Source of the DNA: Vitrella brassicaformis CCMP3155
Taxonomy: Eukaryota; Protista; Chromerida
Length of the DNA stretch: 64,000 nt
Assembly (NCBI GenBank): GCA_001179505.1
Contig: CDMY01000476.1
Span: 5,465-69,464, forward strand
Reading direction: 5' to 3'
Each line of letters begins with the position of its first letter. Within the stretch, counting starts at the first letter, position 1. The notes under the pieces are model-generated. The model worked only from the letters and a program-made list of their open reading frames with translations, had not been told where the DNA came from and made no database searches. Shown here piece after piece: positions 52,514 to 64,000 of this stretch. The translations under genes were made by a program, and so were the position numbers.

Positions 52514-52912
52514 TGCGGTTGCGACCCATCGAAAAGATGATCTGTGCAGCAGATCTTGATCCTGGTTGTATCGAAGCCCATCCAAGACAACAGACCAGCG
52601 GGAAGAAGTCGCCGACTTTTGCGAGCTTGAAAGTGGCGAGCTAAGCGTGAAGCCTCCCCCTTCGCGAAGGGTTCCCCGAGCCGCCCGACACACCCCAGCA
52701 GCGCCATCGACATCTTTTTGTTTGAGGATTGAAGCCACCCCAGCATCTTCCCTGTTCGCCTCGGCTGATGCAGGTAGGTACATGCAGGTGCACCGATGAG
52801 AGGCGGAGAGTATGCAGCACCATTTGTGTTTGGTTTGGTTTGGTGTCATGCAGGCAACATCGATTCCATCCATCTTGACCCCTTCAAGCCGACGACTGTC
52901 CAGCGATGGTCA

Positions 52913-54431
52913 ATGAATGGCCCTCCTGCCCCGTCCACACCCACCGCTGTGACATCCAAGCAAGAAGGAGGAGGCGGCGGTCAGGTTGGTCAACCTGACC
53001 CGATGTGGGCATACAGCTCCTCACATCCATCTGACGAGGCAGCTGGTGTCGAGGTCTCCCACCACCAGCCTGCGGTGCATCATGCTGACGTGGTAGTCAA
53101 CGCTCCTTGGGTGTCAGCGAGGGTGGCGCTTACGCGGCTGCCCGAGAAGAGCATCTCGTTCATCTCGGGATGGGTGGCGGGGCTCTCCGGCATCGTCGTG
53201 GCACATCCATTCGGTCAGGAACACAGGCAAAGGCACACCCATCCAATAAATTGTGCACAGCACAGATGCCTTTGTGCTGTGGTGCTGTGGTGCTGTGTGT
53301 GCGTCGATTTCCACCATGCAGACACGCTGAAGACCCGGCTTCAGATCGGCCGCACATCGTCGCACCACCACTTCAGGCTCTCCTCTCTGACCCCTCGGTA
53401 CATCACCACCCTCTACGCCGGTGTCGGGCCCCCTCTACTGGTGGCGGGCATCCTGCAGTCCTGCCTCTTCGGGTCGTTCAACCACTTCAAGGGCTACTTC
53501 CAGGGGCTGGCCGAGCCGCATGTGGCCCAGGCGAGGGCGTTGGGGAGCACTTATGGGTATGTCAAGGTGGCTGTGCTGAGCGGGCTGTCGGTGTTTGTGT
53601 CCGGTTCGTGTGCGGGGCTGTGCACGAGCGTCATAACGTGTCCCAGCGGGATGGTCAAGGTGCAGCAGCAGTGCTCGCCGGACCTGACGATGCTGCAGGT
53701 CATCAAGGCACTCATTCGCAAGGGCGGGCTGCCACTTATTTTTAGAGGTACGTACGTACGAGGTGTTCACACACCATCCCATCCATGCCACCTCACTCAC
53801 AAATGGCCGGCTGGCTTTGCAAGCTTGTTTGTCTGACATCTGCTTGGGCTTGTTTGTATCAATCCAATCAGGTTACTCGGCCCACATCTTTATGGAGATC
53901 TTTGGGCGCGGCACCTACTTCACCGTATACGACGTCGTCAAGCGGGAACTTCACCAAACCACCCAGTCCCCCTCCCCTGCGCCCTCCCCTACTCCCTCTA
54001 CCCCCCCTCCCTCCCCTCCCCCCTCCATGCCCTACTACAAGCGTGCCGCAGCGGGCATGTGCGCCGGCATCGCCGGATGGCTCGTCGTCTTCCCCTTCGA
54101 TGTCCTCAAGTCACGACTGCAGGCACAGCCGCTCTTCGAGGGCGCGGCGAGGATCCCATCAGGCCCCCAGACCCACCTCTCGGACCCCTATGCCTTTGAC
54201 ACGAGTGGCAGGCGGACGACGGAGCGGGCCACCGGCCACAGGGGGTGGGCGGCGCCCAAGAAGTACGAAGGGTTTTGGCACTGTGCGCGGGAGACGTGGA
54301 AGGAGGGCGGGGTGCGGGCGTTCTACCGTGGGCTGGGGTTCACGCTTGCAAGGGCGGCGCCGGTGGCGTGTGTGGTGCTGCCTGTTTATGACGTGACGCA
54401 CGAGACGCTGCTGAGATGGAGGAATGGGTGA
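52913..54431 (+). CDS. Mitochondrial carrier (SLC25), carnitine/acylcarnitine or basic amino acid carrier-like
   Basis: PxDxxKxRxQ signatures: GWVAGLSGIVVAHP..DTLKTRLQ, CPSGMVKVQQQ, FPFDVLKSRLQ; also YEGFWHCARETWKEGGVRAFYRGLG. Confidence 0.92.
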
Positions 54432-54839
54432 GTAGCTGAGGGGACATCGATGACAGGAAGAGACGATTGACGGACGACTGGCTGACTGTCAATGAGCAAA
54501 GATGGATGAGCGAGTATGTCGCCCAGCCACCGAGATGTCCAGATCTAGAGTCCTATGTATGTCCGAGTATGGATGGTATGCCCTCACTGATGTCTGTCTG
54601 TCTGCCTCATGCCATGCCCGTTCTGTCTGTCCTCGGTCGAGAGAGCAGGCAGGCACTGCGGCAGCGAACCCCGCCCTCCTTGCTTGATACCCCCTACAAT
54701 GGGGGGATTACACCGACATACAACCATCAAGTGCCCTTCACACACAGACAGCCAGCGGTCGCTCACTCACCGCTGTCTGTGCCCGTCGCTCCCTCACAGA
54801 CCAATGAGTGGTGTAGTGCCTGCCACCCATTCATTGTCA

Positions 54840-55810
54840 CCCCCTTGCCCCTCTACACACACACACACACACACACACACGTGCACACTACATTCAGCAC
54901 ATCACACCACATCATACGACACCACAGCCATTCACTCACCGATGTCAAGTCACAAAATACTGACACCACGCGACGCGCTGGGGGGGATCCCTCTCTATCG
55001 CCTCTTGATATATCACGGACGGACGGAAAAACACAGCCACACACACTCATACACTCTGTAAGTAAGTCACACGTGGTGCGTGATGCCGCAGACATGACAG
55101 GCAGGCAGGCAGGCACAGGAGCCGAGCCACCAGGCGGTCAAAACGTCGCCCGGGATCCGACCGACATGCAGCAGCACCGGCACCAGCAGCCGGAAGCACA
55201 AACATTCACCACTACTGTACACCACAAACACTCACAGAGACAGACAGACGGGCACACGAGGAGAGAGACAAAGGGGCGGGGGAAAAACCGACCGACAGAC
55301 CGACCGACCGACCGACCGACCGACGCTTCCCATTCCATCAACGAACGAACGACACGAGATCGGCAGACACACATACCCGCGGACCAGACAGGCAGGCAGA
55401 CAGACATGAAGGCAGGAATGGAAGGAAGGCTGTAAAAGCTCGAATCGCACGCAACAATCATTCGCTCCGATACGAATTCGACACGCACACAGGCAGGCAG
55501 GCAGGCAAAGGCAAGGGAAACAGAAAAGCTCCTCTATGCGATGTGATGCGATAAGTAAAGTCAAACACGCATTGAATGCATTGTGCTCATGTTGGGTTGG
55601 GGGGGACGGGCAATGCCATGGGGATAAACCGACAGACAGAGAGAGAGACAGGCAGGCAGGGAGGCCAGAACGTGCCCTTATTGCGAGGCGGCTGACCGAT
55701 CCGATCGTGCCGCCCAATGAATGTCAGTCACGCGTGTGGCAAAAAGACCGACCGACCGACCGACACAAACCAACCGACCGACCGACCGACATCGACTGGA
55801 CGAAAATCAA
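54840..55810. repeat. Microsatellite-rich convergent intergenic region: (CA)n, (CCGA)n, (CAGG)n, (CAGA)n
   Basis: Examples: (ac)n at 54855-54880; ccgaccgaccga at 55287-55322 and 55748-55790; aggcaggcagg at ~55490. Confidence 0.85.
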
Positions 55811-55931
55811 AGATGGCAAAGCAAGAAGCAGTTAGTTAGCTGTAGATACGCGCAAACATGCACAACATACACACAACACACGAGTGCGCCCTCGCCGTCG
55901 ATGGGCGGGGCGGGCCCATCAATGCATCACT

Positions 55932-56733
55932 TCACTTGGGGAGCATGTCGGCACTCGAGATCTGACACAGAGAGAGAGACAGACACATTACGCACGAAAT
56001 CGCAACAGCACTCACGGCCCCCTGGCTGATTGAACAGGGCAGGGCGATCTCGCCGCCTTGACGCACCTCTTTTGATATGGCCCCATTGATGGCGCTGTCG
56101 GCCTTGTGGTACGTCTTGGCGTACTGGTCGTCAAACTCCTTGGCGCGATTCAACCTACACAGGCGTTCGGGTCAATCCATCAATCTGCCCGCCAGTCGGT
56201 TCTGTCTGCTCGGTTGTTGTCCTCACTTGAATATGGTGGATGAGAGGAGGGCCGCCACAAAGCCGGCGAAGAAGTAGACGGGGAACCACTCCCCTCCACC
56301 ATCAGCACCTGATTGATCAAGCGATAAGCAGGCAGACATTGGCCTGTTGGGGTGTGTGTGTGTGTGTGTGTATGGTTGTCACCTTTGTTCATGACGTTGG
56401 TGGTGATGAATGCGACGGCGAGTGCGGGGTTGAGGCACGCGCCGCTGACTGGTACCATCGTGCCCACCGACACGTAGATCTGGAAGCCAATCGCCAGGCC
56501 GAAATAATCGTTGGGGAAGTCACTGCCCCATAAACAAATGGATCGATGGATGACCATGCACATCATACGAACAGGCAGTCAGCACATCAGCAGACGACAG
56601 AGTCATGTCTGTCTTTGTGCGTGGTTTGTTTGGAGGCTTGGCTTACGTGTGTCCGAATGCCACGTGCAGGACGACCCAGTGAAAGAAGGCCGTCATGATC
56701 ACCTCAATCTGCACACACAACACACAACACACA

Positions 56734-56770
<37 letters not shown>

Positions 56771-57637
56771 CAACAACCCAGACCAAATCCGGCAAGGACG
56801 CCATGCAGCACATGAGGTGGGTGGCCCCCTCCCTCCCTGCGTCTCCACTTAACCAGGAACGCCTCGCCGGCGCCGTAGACGGTTCCGTCAGGCCTCGTCC
56901 CTGGCGCGATGCCGATGGTCTCGCCGGTGATGCCCCAGGCCACCAGCGCACCGCAGAACGCACCCAGCATCTGGGAGCACCAGTAGGAAAACACCGACAT
57001 GAAGGTGTGCAGGTCAGGACGGGCCAGCCACATCGCCTGCACACAGACAGACACATAGAGAGAGATGTGTGTCATCCACACGTATTTGATTTGAGAGTGA
57101 TATGGCTGGCTATGTGTGTGTGTGTGTGTGGCTGGCTGACCAGGGATAGCCCGGGGTTGAAGTTGGATCCCGTGATGATGCCCATCGAGTAGATCATGGC
57201 GGCGCAGTAGAGTCCGACTTTGAGGGCTGTGTCGGTCTGCCCGTGGATGACGTTGATGCAGATCAAGAACGCCAGACCAAAAGTCACGCAGAACTCGCCC
57301 AGATAGGCTGCACACATACACGACCGACCGACACATTTCCCCGTGGACCTTCGATCAACTGCTGTGTTTGCGGGGGTGCTGACTGACTGACTGACTGACC
57401 TCCAAAGTTGTAGTTTTGGTTGGCGAAGTTGTTCCTTTTGCCCAGTACCTGCAGCATCGCGTGGGTGCGTCCGCGGAGCAGACAGGCAGACAGACAGACA
57501 GGCAGCAGCACAGTGCTGATGCAGGCTGCATGCAGAGAATGGGATGTGCCTCTCATCTCGGTACCTACCTGCGCAACCTTCCTGAGGATGCCGTCGTAGG
57601 GCAGAGCGTCGTTGAACTTGATCGGGTTGAACACCAT
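55932..57637 (-). CDS. Aquaporin/MIP family channel with NPG and NPA-L motifs
   Basis: AAYLGEFCVTFGL, MGIITGSNFNPGLSL, YWCSQMLGAFCGAL, EVIMTAFFHWVVLHVA, FGLAIGF..VPVSGACLNPALAV. Confidence 0.92.
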
Positions 57638-57978
57638 GATGATGTGAAGGACCAATGACTCACTGACTCGCTGACTGACAGCCCAAGAACCGAACCGCCT
57701 CAAAGGTCGATCAATGGATGCAACAATTGCTGTGCAAGCAGCGGTGCTCTGGCACTCTCTGGCGTCCTCTCTCCCTCCACCGTGGTTGCCTCTCGGCGAG
57801 CTTGCGGGGAGCGGTTCCCATGTTTACGAAGCTGAAGGAGGAGAGGCGATTGCCAGGCAGAGGAAAGACGCGCAGATCAGGTCCTTTCTCTTGTTGTCAG
57901 CCTTCCCTCCTGACCGCCTTGCTGCCGTCTAATCGACCTCTCTCTCGCTCGAACCAACCACCACATACATCACTCAAG

Positions 57979-60454
57979 ATGCCGCCTCGGTGAGTGAGCA
58001 GAAAGACGAGCAGGGCTGCAGACACTGCACCCAAGGCTCGTGTGCGCGTGCTAAATGCTGCATGCATCTTGCATCATGCATGCCATTGAGCGCCCACTTT
58101 TCCTGTGTCGATGCAATGCAATGCAGCACTCCCATTCCCCTGATCACCGTGAATCCCGCCAAGAAGCCGTGGGAGCAGGAGAAGCCGCTGCACAACCGCT
58201 GGCACCCCGACATCCCCGCTGTGGCTGAGGTCAAGGAGGGCGACCTCTTCACCGTCGAAACCGTCGACTGGACCGGAGGGCAGATCAAAGACGATGACAA
58301 TTCCGATGACGTCAAGTTTGTCGACCTCTCACAGGTCAGCCAGTCAGCCTCGCTCGTTCGTTCAGACACAGACACACATGGACGGGCAGATGTGTGGGTG
58401 TGGGTGTGGGTTCATGTCTGTCAGGTGCATTATCTGTCTGGTCCGATCAAGGTGACCGACAAGGACGGCGTGCCTGCCAAGCCCGGCGACATTCTGGTGG
58501 TGGAGTTGTCCAACCTCTACCCACTGGCGGGCGACGAGTGGGGCTTCACCGGCATCTTCGACAGGGACAACGGCGGCGGATTCCTCACGGTGAGTGCGTA
58601 CATGCATGTGATAGATAGACGGGGGAGTCATGGATGCGTTGTGTGTGTCAGGACCACTTCCCCGCTGCGGCCAAGGCAGTCTGGTACTTCGACGGTGTCT
58701 ACGCCTACTCGCGGGTCAGTGAGTGAGGGGGGCACCGACATGGTCGGTCACCCATGCCTGTGCCTGACACACTGGTGTCTGTCTGTGTGACGTCAGCACG
58801 TTCCCGGCGTTCGTTTCCCCGGGCTCATTCACCCTGGTCTGATCGGCACTGCACCGTCGGCGGAGCTCCTCAACATCTGGAACACCCGAGAGAAGGTCGG
58901 TCCGTTGACACGACACACAGTTGAACAGACAAATGGATGCTGGATGGATGGATGCATCGATAATGCCTGCCTGCTTCTATGCTATGTGTGGTGTGGTCTG
59001 TTGATCGAACCGATGTGATGTATGTATGTGTGTATGTGTGTGTGTGTGCAGTCGTTGGTTGACGGTGGCGAGAAGGCCACGACGCTCTGCAGCGTCCTGC
59101 AGACACGACCACTCGCATGCCTCCCCAACGCTACCGGTCAGCCAGTCACCCGCACACATGCGCGAGAAGGGGTCGGTCGTTTGTGAGCTGACTGACTGTG
59201 GTGTGGGTGCTCCACTCGTTTGGTTGTCAGGTGCGTGCCTCGGCACCGTCAAGCCCGGCACCGCCAACTGGACCAAGTGAGCCAAGCCACCATCCCATGG
59301 ACACACATGACTGAGACTGACACCGTGCCGTGTCTGTCTGCTCTGTGTGTGTGAAGGATTGCTGGCGAGGGTGCGCGCACGGTGCCTGGCCGCGAGAATG
59401 GCGGCAACTGTGACATCAAGAACCTCTCACGAGGATGCAAGGTATGTATGTCGATACACACCACACACGTACACAAATGGTCTCAGACACGTGTGTCTTG
59501 TGTTGTGGTGTGTGCAGGTGTACTTCCCGGTGTTCATTGAGGGCGCCAACCTGTCGATGGGCGACATGCACTTCAGCCAGGGCGACGGAGAGGTCTCCTT
59601 CTGCGGCGCCATCGAGATGTGCGATTCACTCTCACACACCGACACACTCGACGACACGCGCATGGAAGTCTGATTGTGTGTGTGTGTGTGCGTGTGTGTG
59701 TGCAGGTCTGGGAAACTTGAGATGACGTGTCAGATCATCCGCGGCGGCATGGACCAATACCTCACACCCATGGGACCCACCAAACTGCACGTCAACCCAA
59801 TCTTCGAGTAACCGAAGCAGACTCACAGACACACAGACAGACTGCCAACAACAGCCCAACACGCACGTCTCTCTTTGTGTGTGTGTGTGTGTGTGCAGGA
59901 TTGGTCCGTTGGAGCCCCGTTTCTCCGAGTGGCTGGTGTTCGAGGGCATCTCTGTGGACGAGACGGGCAAGCAGCACTACCTCGACGTGTCGGTGGCCTA
60001 CAAACGGGCCGTCCTCAACTGTATCGACTACCTCTCCAAATTCGGGTGAGCCCAGCCAGGGCACTCCCTTTTATCCGTTGCTTCTCGGACCATCCATTCA
60101 TGCATCGTGTCGGCGTGGCTGTTTTATTTTGTCTGTGTCTTGTTCACAGGTATTCGAAGGAGCAGATCTACATGCTGCTGTCGTGCTGCCCTTGTGAGGG
60201 CCGTGTCTCGGGCATCGTCGACGTCCCGAATGCCGTCGCCACACTCGCACTGCCACTCGCCATATTCGACATGGACATACGGTACACACAGACGCGCTCA
60301 GACACAGTCTTTGTGTCCATGTGTGAGTGTGTGTGCCTCAATCAGGCCCAAGAAGATCGGCGGCCCGAAGGTTGTGTCTCGCCTGGACGTGCCCAAGTCT
60401 ACCTATGACGGGTCATTGCCTCGATTCGTGAACCCTGCTGCCGCCCTGCAGTAG
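57979..60454 (+). CDS. fmdA: Formamidase (acetamidase/formamidase FmdA_AmdA family)
   Basis: LHNRWHPDIP, VETVDWTGGQI, VHYLSGPI, FPGLIHPGLIGTAPSAELL, RENGGNCDIKNLSRG, GDMHFSQGDGEVSFCGAIEM, IVDVPNAVATLALP. Exon joins stay in frame. Confidence 0.96.
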
Positions 60455-61696
60455 CAAGCACATCTGCATGTAACGAACCAATGCTCGCAACAAGGGGGAC
60501 CACACACCCATCCATGCCATGCCATCCATCGCACACATATGATGGATGGACGCTCGCACTGTCGTCTCAGCTGATACTCATGCGAGGCGGTGCACTATAT
60601 GCGAGCGACAGATGCAGACAGACAGACAGAGAGGCAGGCAGGCAGACAGGCAGACAGCCGTGTGTTGCGCGTGATATGGATGGATGGATGGATGGAAGCA
60701 GTATGGCACATATGGGTGTTCTTTCCTCTCTGCTGTGGTGGCTGTGTGTGTGCTGCGCATGCAGTGCGTCGAAGAGCGTGTTGGCGGGCATGGTGAAATC
60801 TGGTGTGGCCAAGTCGCTGGCGGTGTGCTGCAAGAGACCCCTCACCACCGCATAACTAACGACACAAGACACCACGACTGTCCGTGCGCGGCCGGGATCA
60901 TGCCTCACTCACGGAGTGTATGTTTATTTCATGTATGTGTGTGTGTCTGTGTGTGGTGTGTGGTGTGATGATGATGATGATGTGAGCCTGCATGACGTGA
61001 GCGGACGGAGAAGTTGGCGGAGGGCAGCTGGGGCAGGCAGTTATGGGACACTGTGTGATGGATGGATGGATGGATGGGACGGTGTGTCGGTTCTTTCTTC
61101 TTTTCTTACTTCTCTTCCTCTGTATTGGCCTGCGTGTGATCGTTGGCTGAGTATTCATCCATCACAATCACAACTGATGTGATTGGATTGCCTTCCCCCA
61201 TGAAGGAATCAATGAATGGCTGCATGCACTGCACTGCACTGAGGCTTTTTCCCACCGCTCCCACTTTTTCGCGGAGCGAGGAGGTAGGTAGGTACGTTAC
61301 GTTGTGCGACGACTGACTGGATGCATGGATGGCTGGATGGCTATGCATGGTATGGTCCACACTGACGCGTTTGTAAGCGGCCTGTGTTCCATGCCTGCCT
61401 GCCTGCCTGATGACTGGACGGACGGACCGGTATGTGTGTGTAGTCTATCTATGTTGCTGCGATGCATGGTGCGAGTCGAGTTGTAGACAAGCAAGACCGA
61501 CCACGGGCCAGCCAGCTGGAGTCGAGTGTATCAGACAGATCAGATAGATCGAGTGAAGAATTTCATGTACGCGTGTTTAGTGCGCGTGTGCATCATGATG
61601 TGTGGATGGAATGTTTGGATGGGTGTGAGAGAGGAGCGCACATGGTAGGGTGGGCTGGGGTGGGTGATATATGGAGCAATGCGATCGATGCGACGC

Positions 61697-61750
61697 GACA
61701 AGACAGACTACTTCTCATGGTTGGACAAGACAGACTACTTCTCATGGTTG
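61697..61750. repeat. Exact 27-bp tandem duplication
   Basis: gacaagacagactacttctcatggttg occurs twice in a row. Confidence 0.95.
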
Positions 61751-62460
61751 GTCTTTTTTCCAGCCAACAGCACGATGGGATAGATAAGGAGGGACGGAGA
61801 GACATGTTCTCATCTCAAAAGACAGAGAGGAAGAGACCATCGATACATACGTGCAGTCTGTATGTCATGTGATGTGATGTGATGCATTTCCGTGCCGAAT
61901 GGATTGCGATGCGATGCGATGCGATGCGGGGAAACGGTGATCGGACTCGACCGGCCAATGTGAGGGTGAAATCATCTCACACACACACAGTGCCCGGCCA
62001 TTCGTTCTTAAATTGGTCTCTGTTCGTGAGAGTCCAAACCAAACCATAGCACACGCAGCCATGGCATGCAGCAAGGCAGGCAGAAACCGAACGGGGAAGG
62101 GCTGGTATGCAGCCCGCGCGCCGCGCCCGGCCTGCATCACATGACATCTCTGTCGCAGTGTGCGCCTCACTCGGCCAGCGCCCAATACCCACACCACCTT
62201 GTCCGGAAGCTACCGATAAGGTGTGCAAGTAGGAGGACGAGCGCCGAAGGAGACGGACACACAAACAATACCATACCCGCCACATCACATCCGTCTGTCT
62301 CTCTCTCTAAACAGCCTGCCTGCCTGGATGGGGTGACAGCTGCTTACACACACGAAAACACATGCAGGCACGGCGTGCAGGCCAGTCAGTCAGGGCTGTC
62401 AGTCAATTCACATGGGGCCAGCTGGTTCGCGGGGGTGGGGTGTGGTGTGGTGTTTATGCC

Positions 62461-63737
62461 CTAGAGAAGGCATTCAGAGTGCCGTCGTCGGTCTGACACA
62501 CAACACACAACAACCATGTGGGCAGTAAGTATACCATCCATGTGTGCACACTGCAGGTGTGAGTGTCTGTATGTGTGTGCGTACCACAAAGGCCGGCTTT
62601 TTGACGATCTCATTGACAAATGTGGTCCAGCACACCTGACCATCTTCACACAACACAACACAACACAACACAACGCAACACAACACACAAAAAGACTCAT
62701 ACATACATCGATCGAGTGCAGGCGCATTGTGTGTTTGTTGTCTTACTTCCTTTTTTGCTCCACTCATGGATCCTGTCCCTGAGGTCCCCGTAGTTGATCT
62801 CATCCCGGCCCCCAGTGAGCGTGTCGAACACACAGTTGATGGCCACCTCGTCCAGGTAGTCCTGACCGATCGCTGCGTTCACCGACTTGCGCATCTCTGC
62901 AGTCATGACAGACAGACACACGTGCCACAACACGTGCGATAAACACCACGCCGATGTGTGTGTGTGTGTGTGTGTGTGAAGGGTGGCTGCAGTCACTGCA
63001 GTGACTGACCTGTTGGGTCAATGTCCCACGGGATGCCCAGCTGGACCACCTGGACGTCATACTCCTGACATACAAGACACAGATGGGTGGGTGGGTGCGG
63101 TGTAGGTGTGTGTCAAGTGCATTGATGGCATCTAGCCACACCTTCGGCTCAGCGAGTGGACCATGGAGGTGCTCTTCAATCGGCCACTGCCGGTCCCACA
63201 CTAACCGGCTCTCTACGGGCCTGTATGCGTACCAACATCATATGATCACACATACTCTCTCTCTCTCCCTCTCTCTAGGGGGCGTACAGCTCATCACCCC
63301 CCCCTCCGTCCCTCTCACCAAAGGAATGGCAACCGCAGCAGGCCGGTAGTGAACTCTGTCCTCGTGAGTATGTGGTCCTCCCCGAGCATCGGCTGGAAAG
63401 TGGCCGCCTCCAACACATAGCTATAAGGTTCATGGCTTGCGTCCCGCTTCCCCTTAGGTATAGCCAGCCGCCCGAAGATCTTCACCAGGTCCAGCAGCAC
63501 GAACGCTGGTATGACAGCAGCATCATGCCGCCTCCACCTGTGGTAGACGGGGTGGTGGGTTGAAAAGACAGAGGGATAGGAAGCGGTGGGCTGCCTCCTG
63601 CCAGCAGTGGGCCTGGAGGCCTCAATGAGGCGGGAGAGGCGCCGTGGTGAGAGATCTGTGCGGGATGCAGTGGATGTGGTGCTCTTTGAGAGGGATGTGA
63701 GCAGCAGGAGGATGGAGCCTCCAGCTGATAAGAGCAT
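62461..63737 (-). CDS. Hypothetical protein with degenerate EF-hand-like loops; 5' end uncertain
   Basis: Exon-like ORF pieces: HILTRTEFTTGLLRL, DRQWPIEEHLHGPL, YLDEVAINCVFDTLTGGRDEINYGDLRDRI, EDGQVCWTTFVNEI. The intron microsatellites have minus-strand orientation. Confidence 0.45.
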
Positions 63738-64000
63738 GATGAAGGGGGAAAGGACGACGGCTGGACGGAAAGGACGCGATCTTTCAGATCGCCTTCTCAG
63801 CTAAGCTCGCAGTCGCGCCAGTTTCCCGACCGTGAGCCTTACTGGGCAATCAATCACCCGCCCTCGCGAGGGCGATAGACAAGGGAGAGCGAATCCATCC
63901 AGACACATGACTGAACCCCCGACCCTTCCACCCCTCCTTCTCCAACAGCGCATGAGCCATGTGGGCGATGAACACGTTGGCATCGTGTCCCCACACACCG

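Noticed and set aside
54840-55810. Regularly spaced short repeats that could suggest CRISPR or telomeric arrays
   Set aside because: These are simple di- and tetranucleotide microsatellites with no constant repeat-spacer structure and no cas genes, in a eukaryotic context.
61697-61750. 27-bp exact tandem duplication (and the 23-bp one at 43880) as possible transposon footprints
   Set aside because: There is no intervening element, TIR or transposase; replication slippage explains them.

Overview
This is GC-rich, intron-dense eukaryotic genomic DNA. Short GT-AG introns are packed with (GT)n, (GGAT)n and (GTCT)n microsatellites. The gene content (CDPK, a MORN1-like fragment, a TSP1/vWA protein, a BT1 transporter, a B9 ciliary protein, a ferritin with a bipartite leader) points to a free-living alveolate, most likely a chromerid such as Vitrella; this assignment is inference. 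About 22 spliced genes alternate almost strictly in strand. In order: anoctamin(-), MAT1(+), amino-acid permease(-), ferritin(+), B9D2(-), CDK(+), SET protein(-), hybrid histidine kinase(+), LMBR1-like(-), hypothetical/frameshifted gene(+), secreted HHIIP-motif protein(-), TSP1-vWA protein(+), cyclin H(+), MORN-TGS1-like chimera(-), CDPK(+), unresolved ORF region(-?), BT1 transporter(+), EXD3/Mut-7-like exonuclease(-), mitochondrial carrier(+), aquaporin(-), formamidase(+) and a hypothetical protein(-). I recognised no rRNA, tRNA, CRISPR array or transposon. The main points of interest are: (1) MAT1, a CDK7-like kinase and cyclin H lie within 30 kb; (2) an aquaporin lacking the selectivity Arg (NPG/NPA-L) sits head-to-head with formamidase; (3) a MORN1 fragment is spliced in frame to a TGS1-like cap methyltransferase whose tail is duplicated 10 kb away; (4) a secreted protein has possible nuclease-toxin motifs; (5) the ferritin has a degenerate ferroxidase centre. 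Exon joins were read by eye and family calls come from recalled motifs; no database searches were run.
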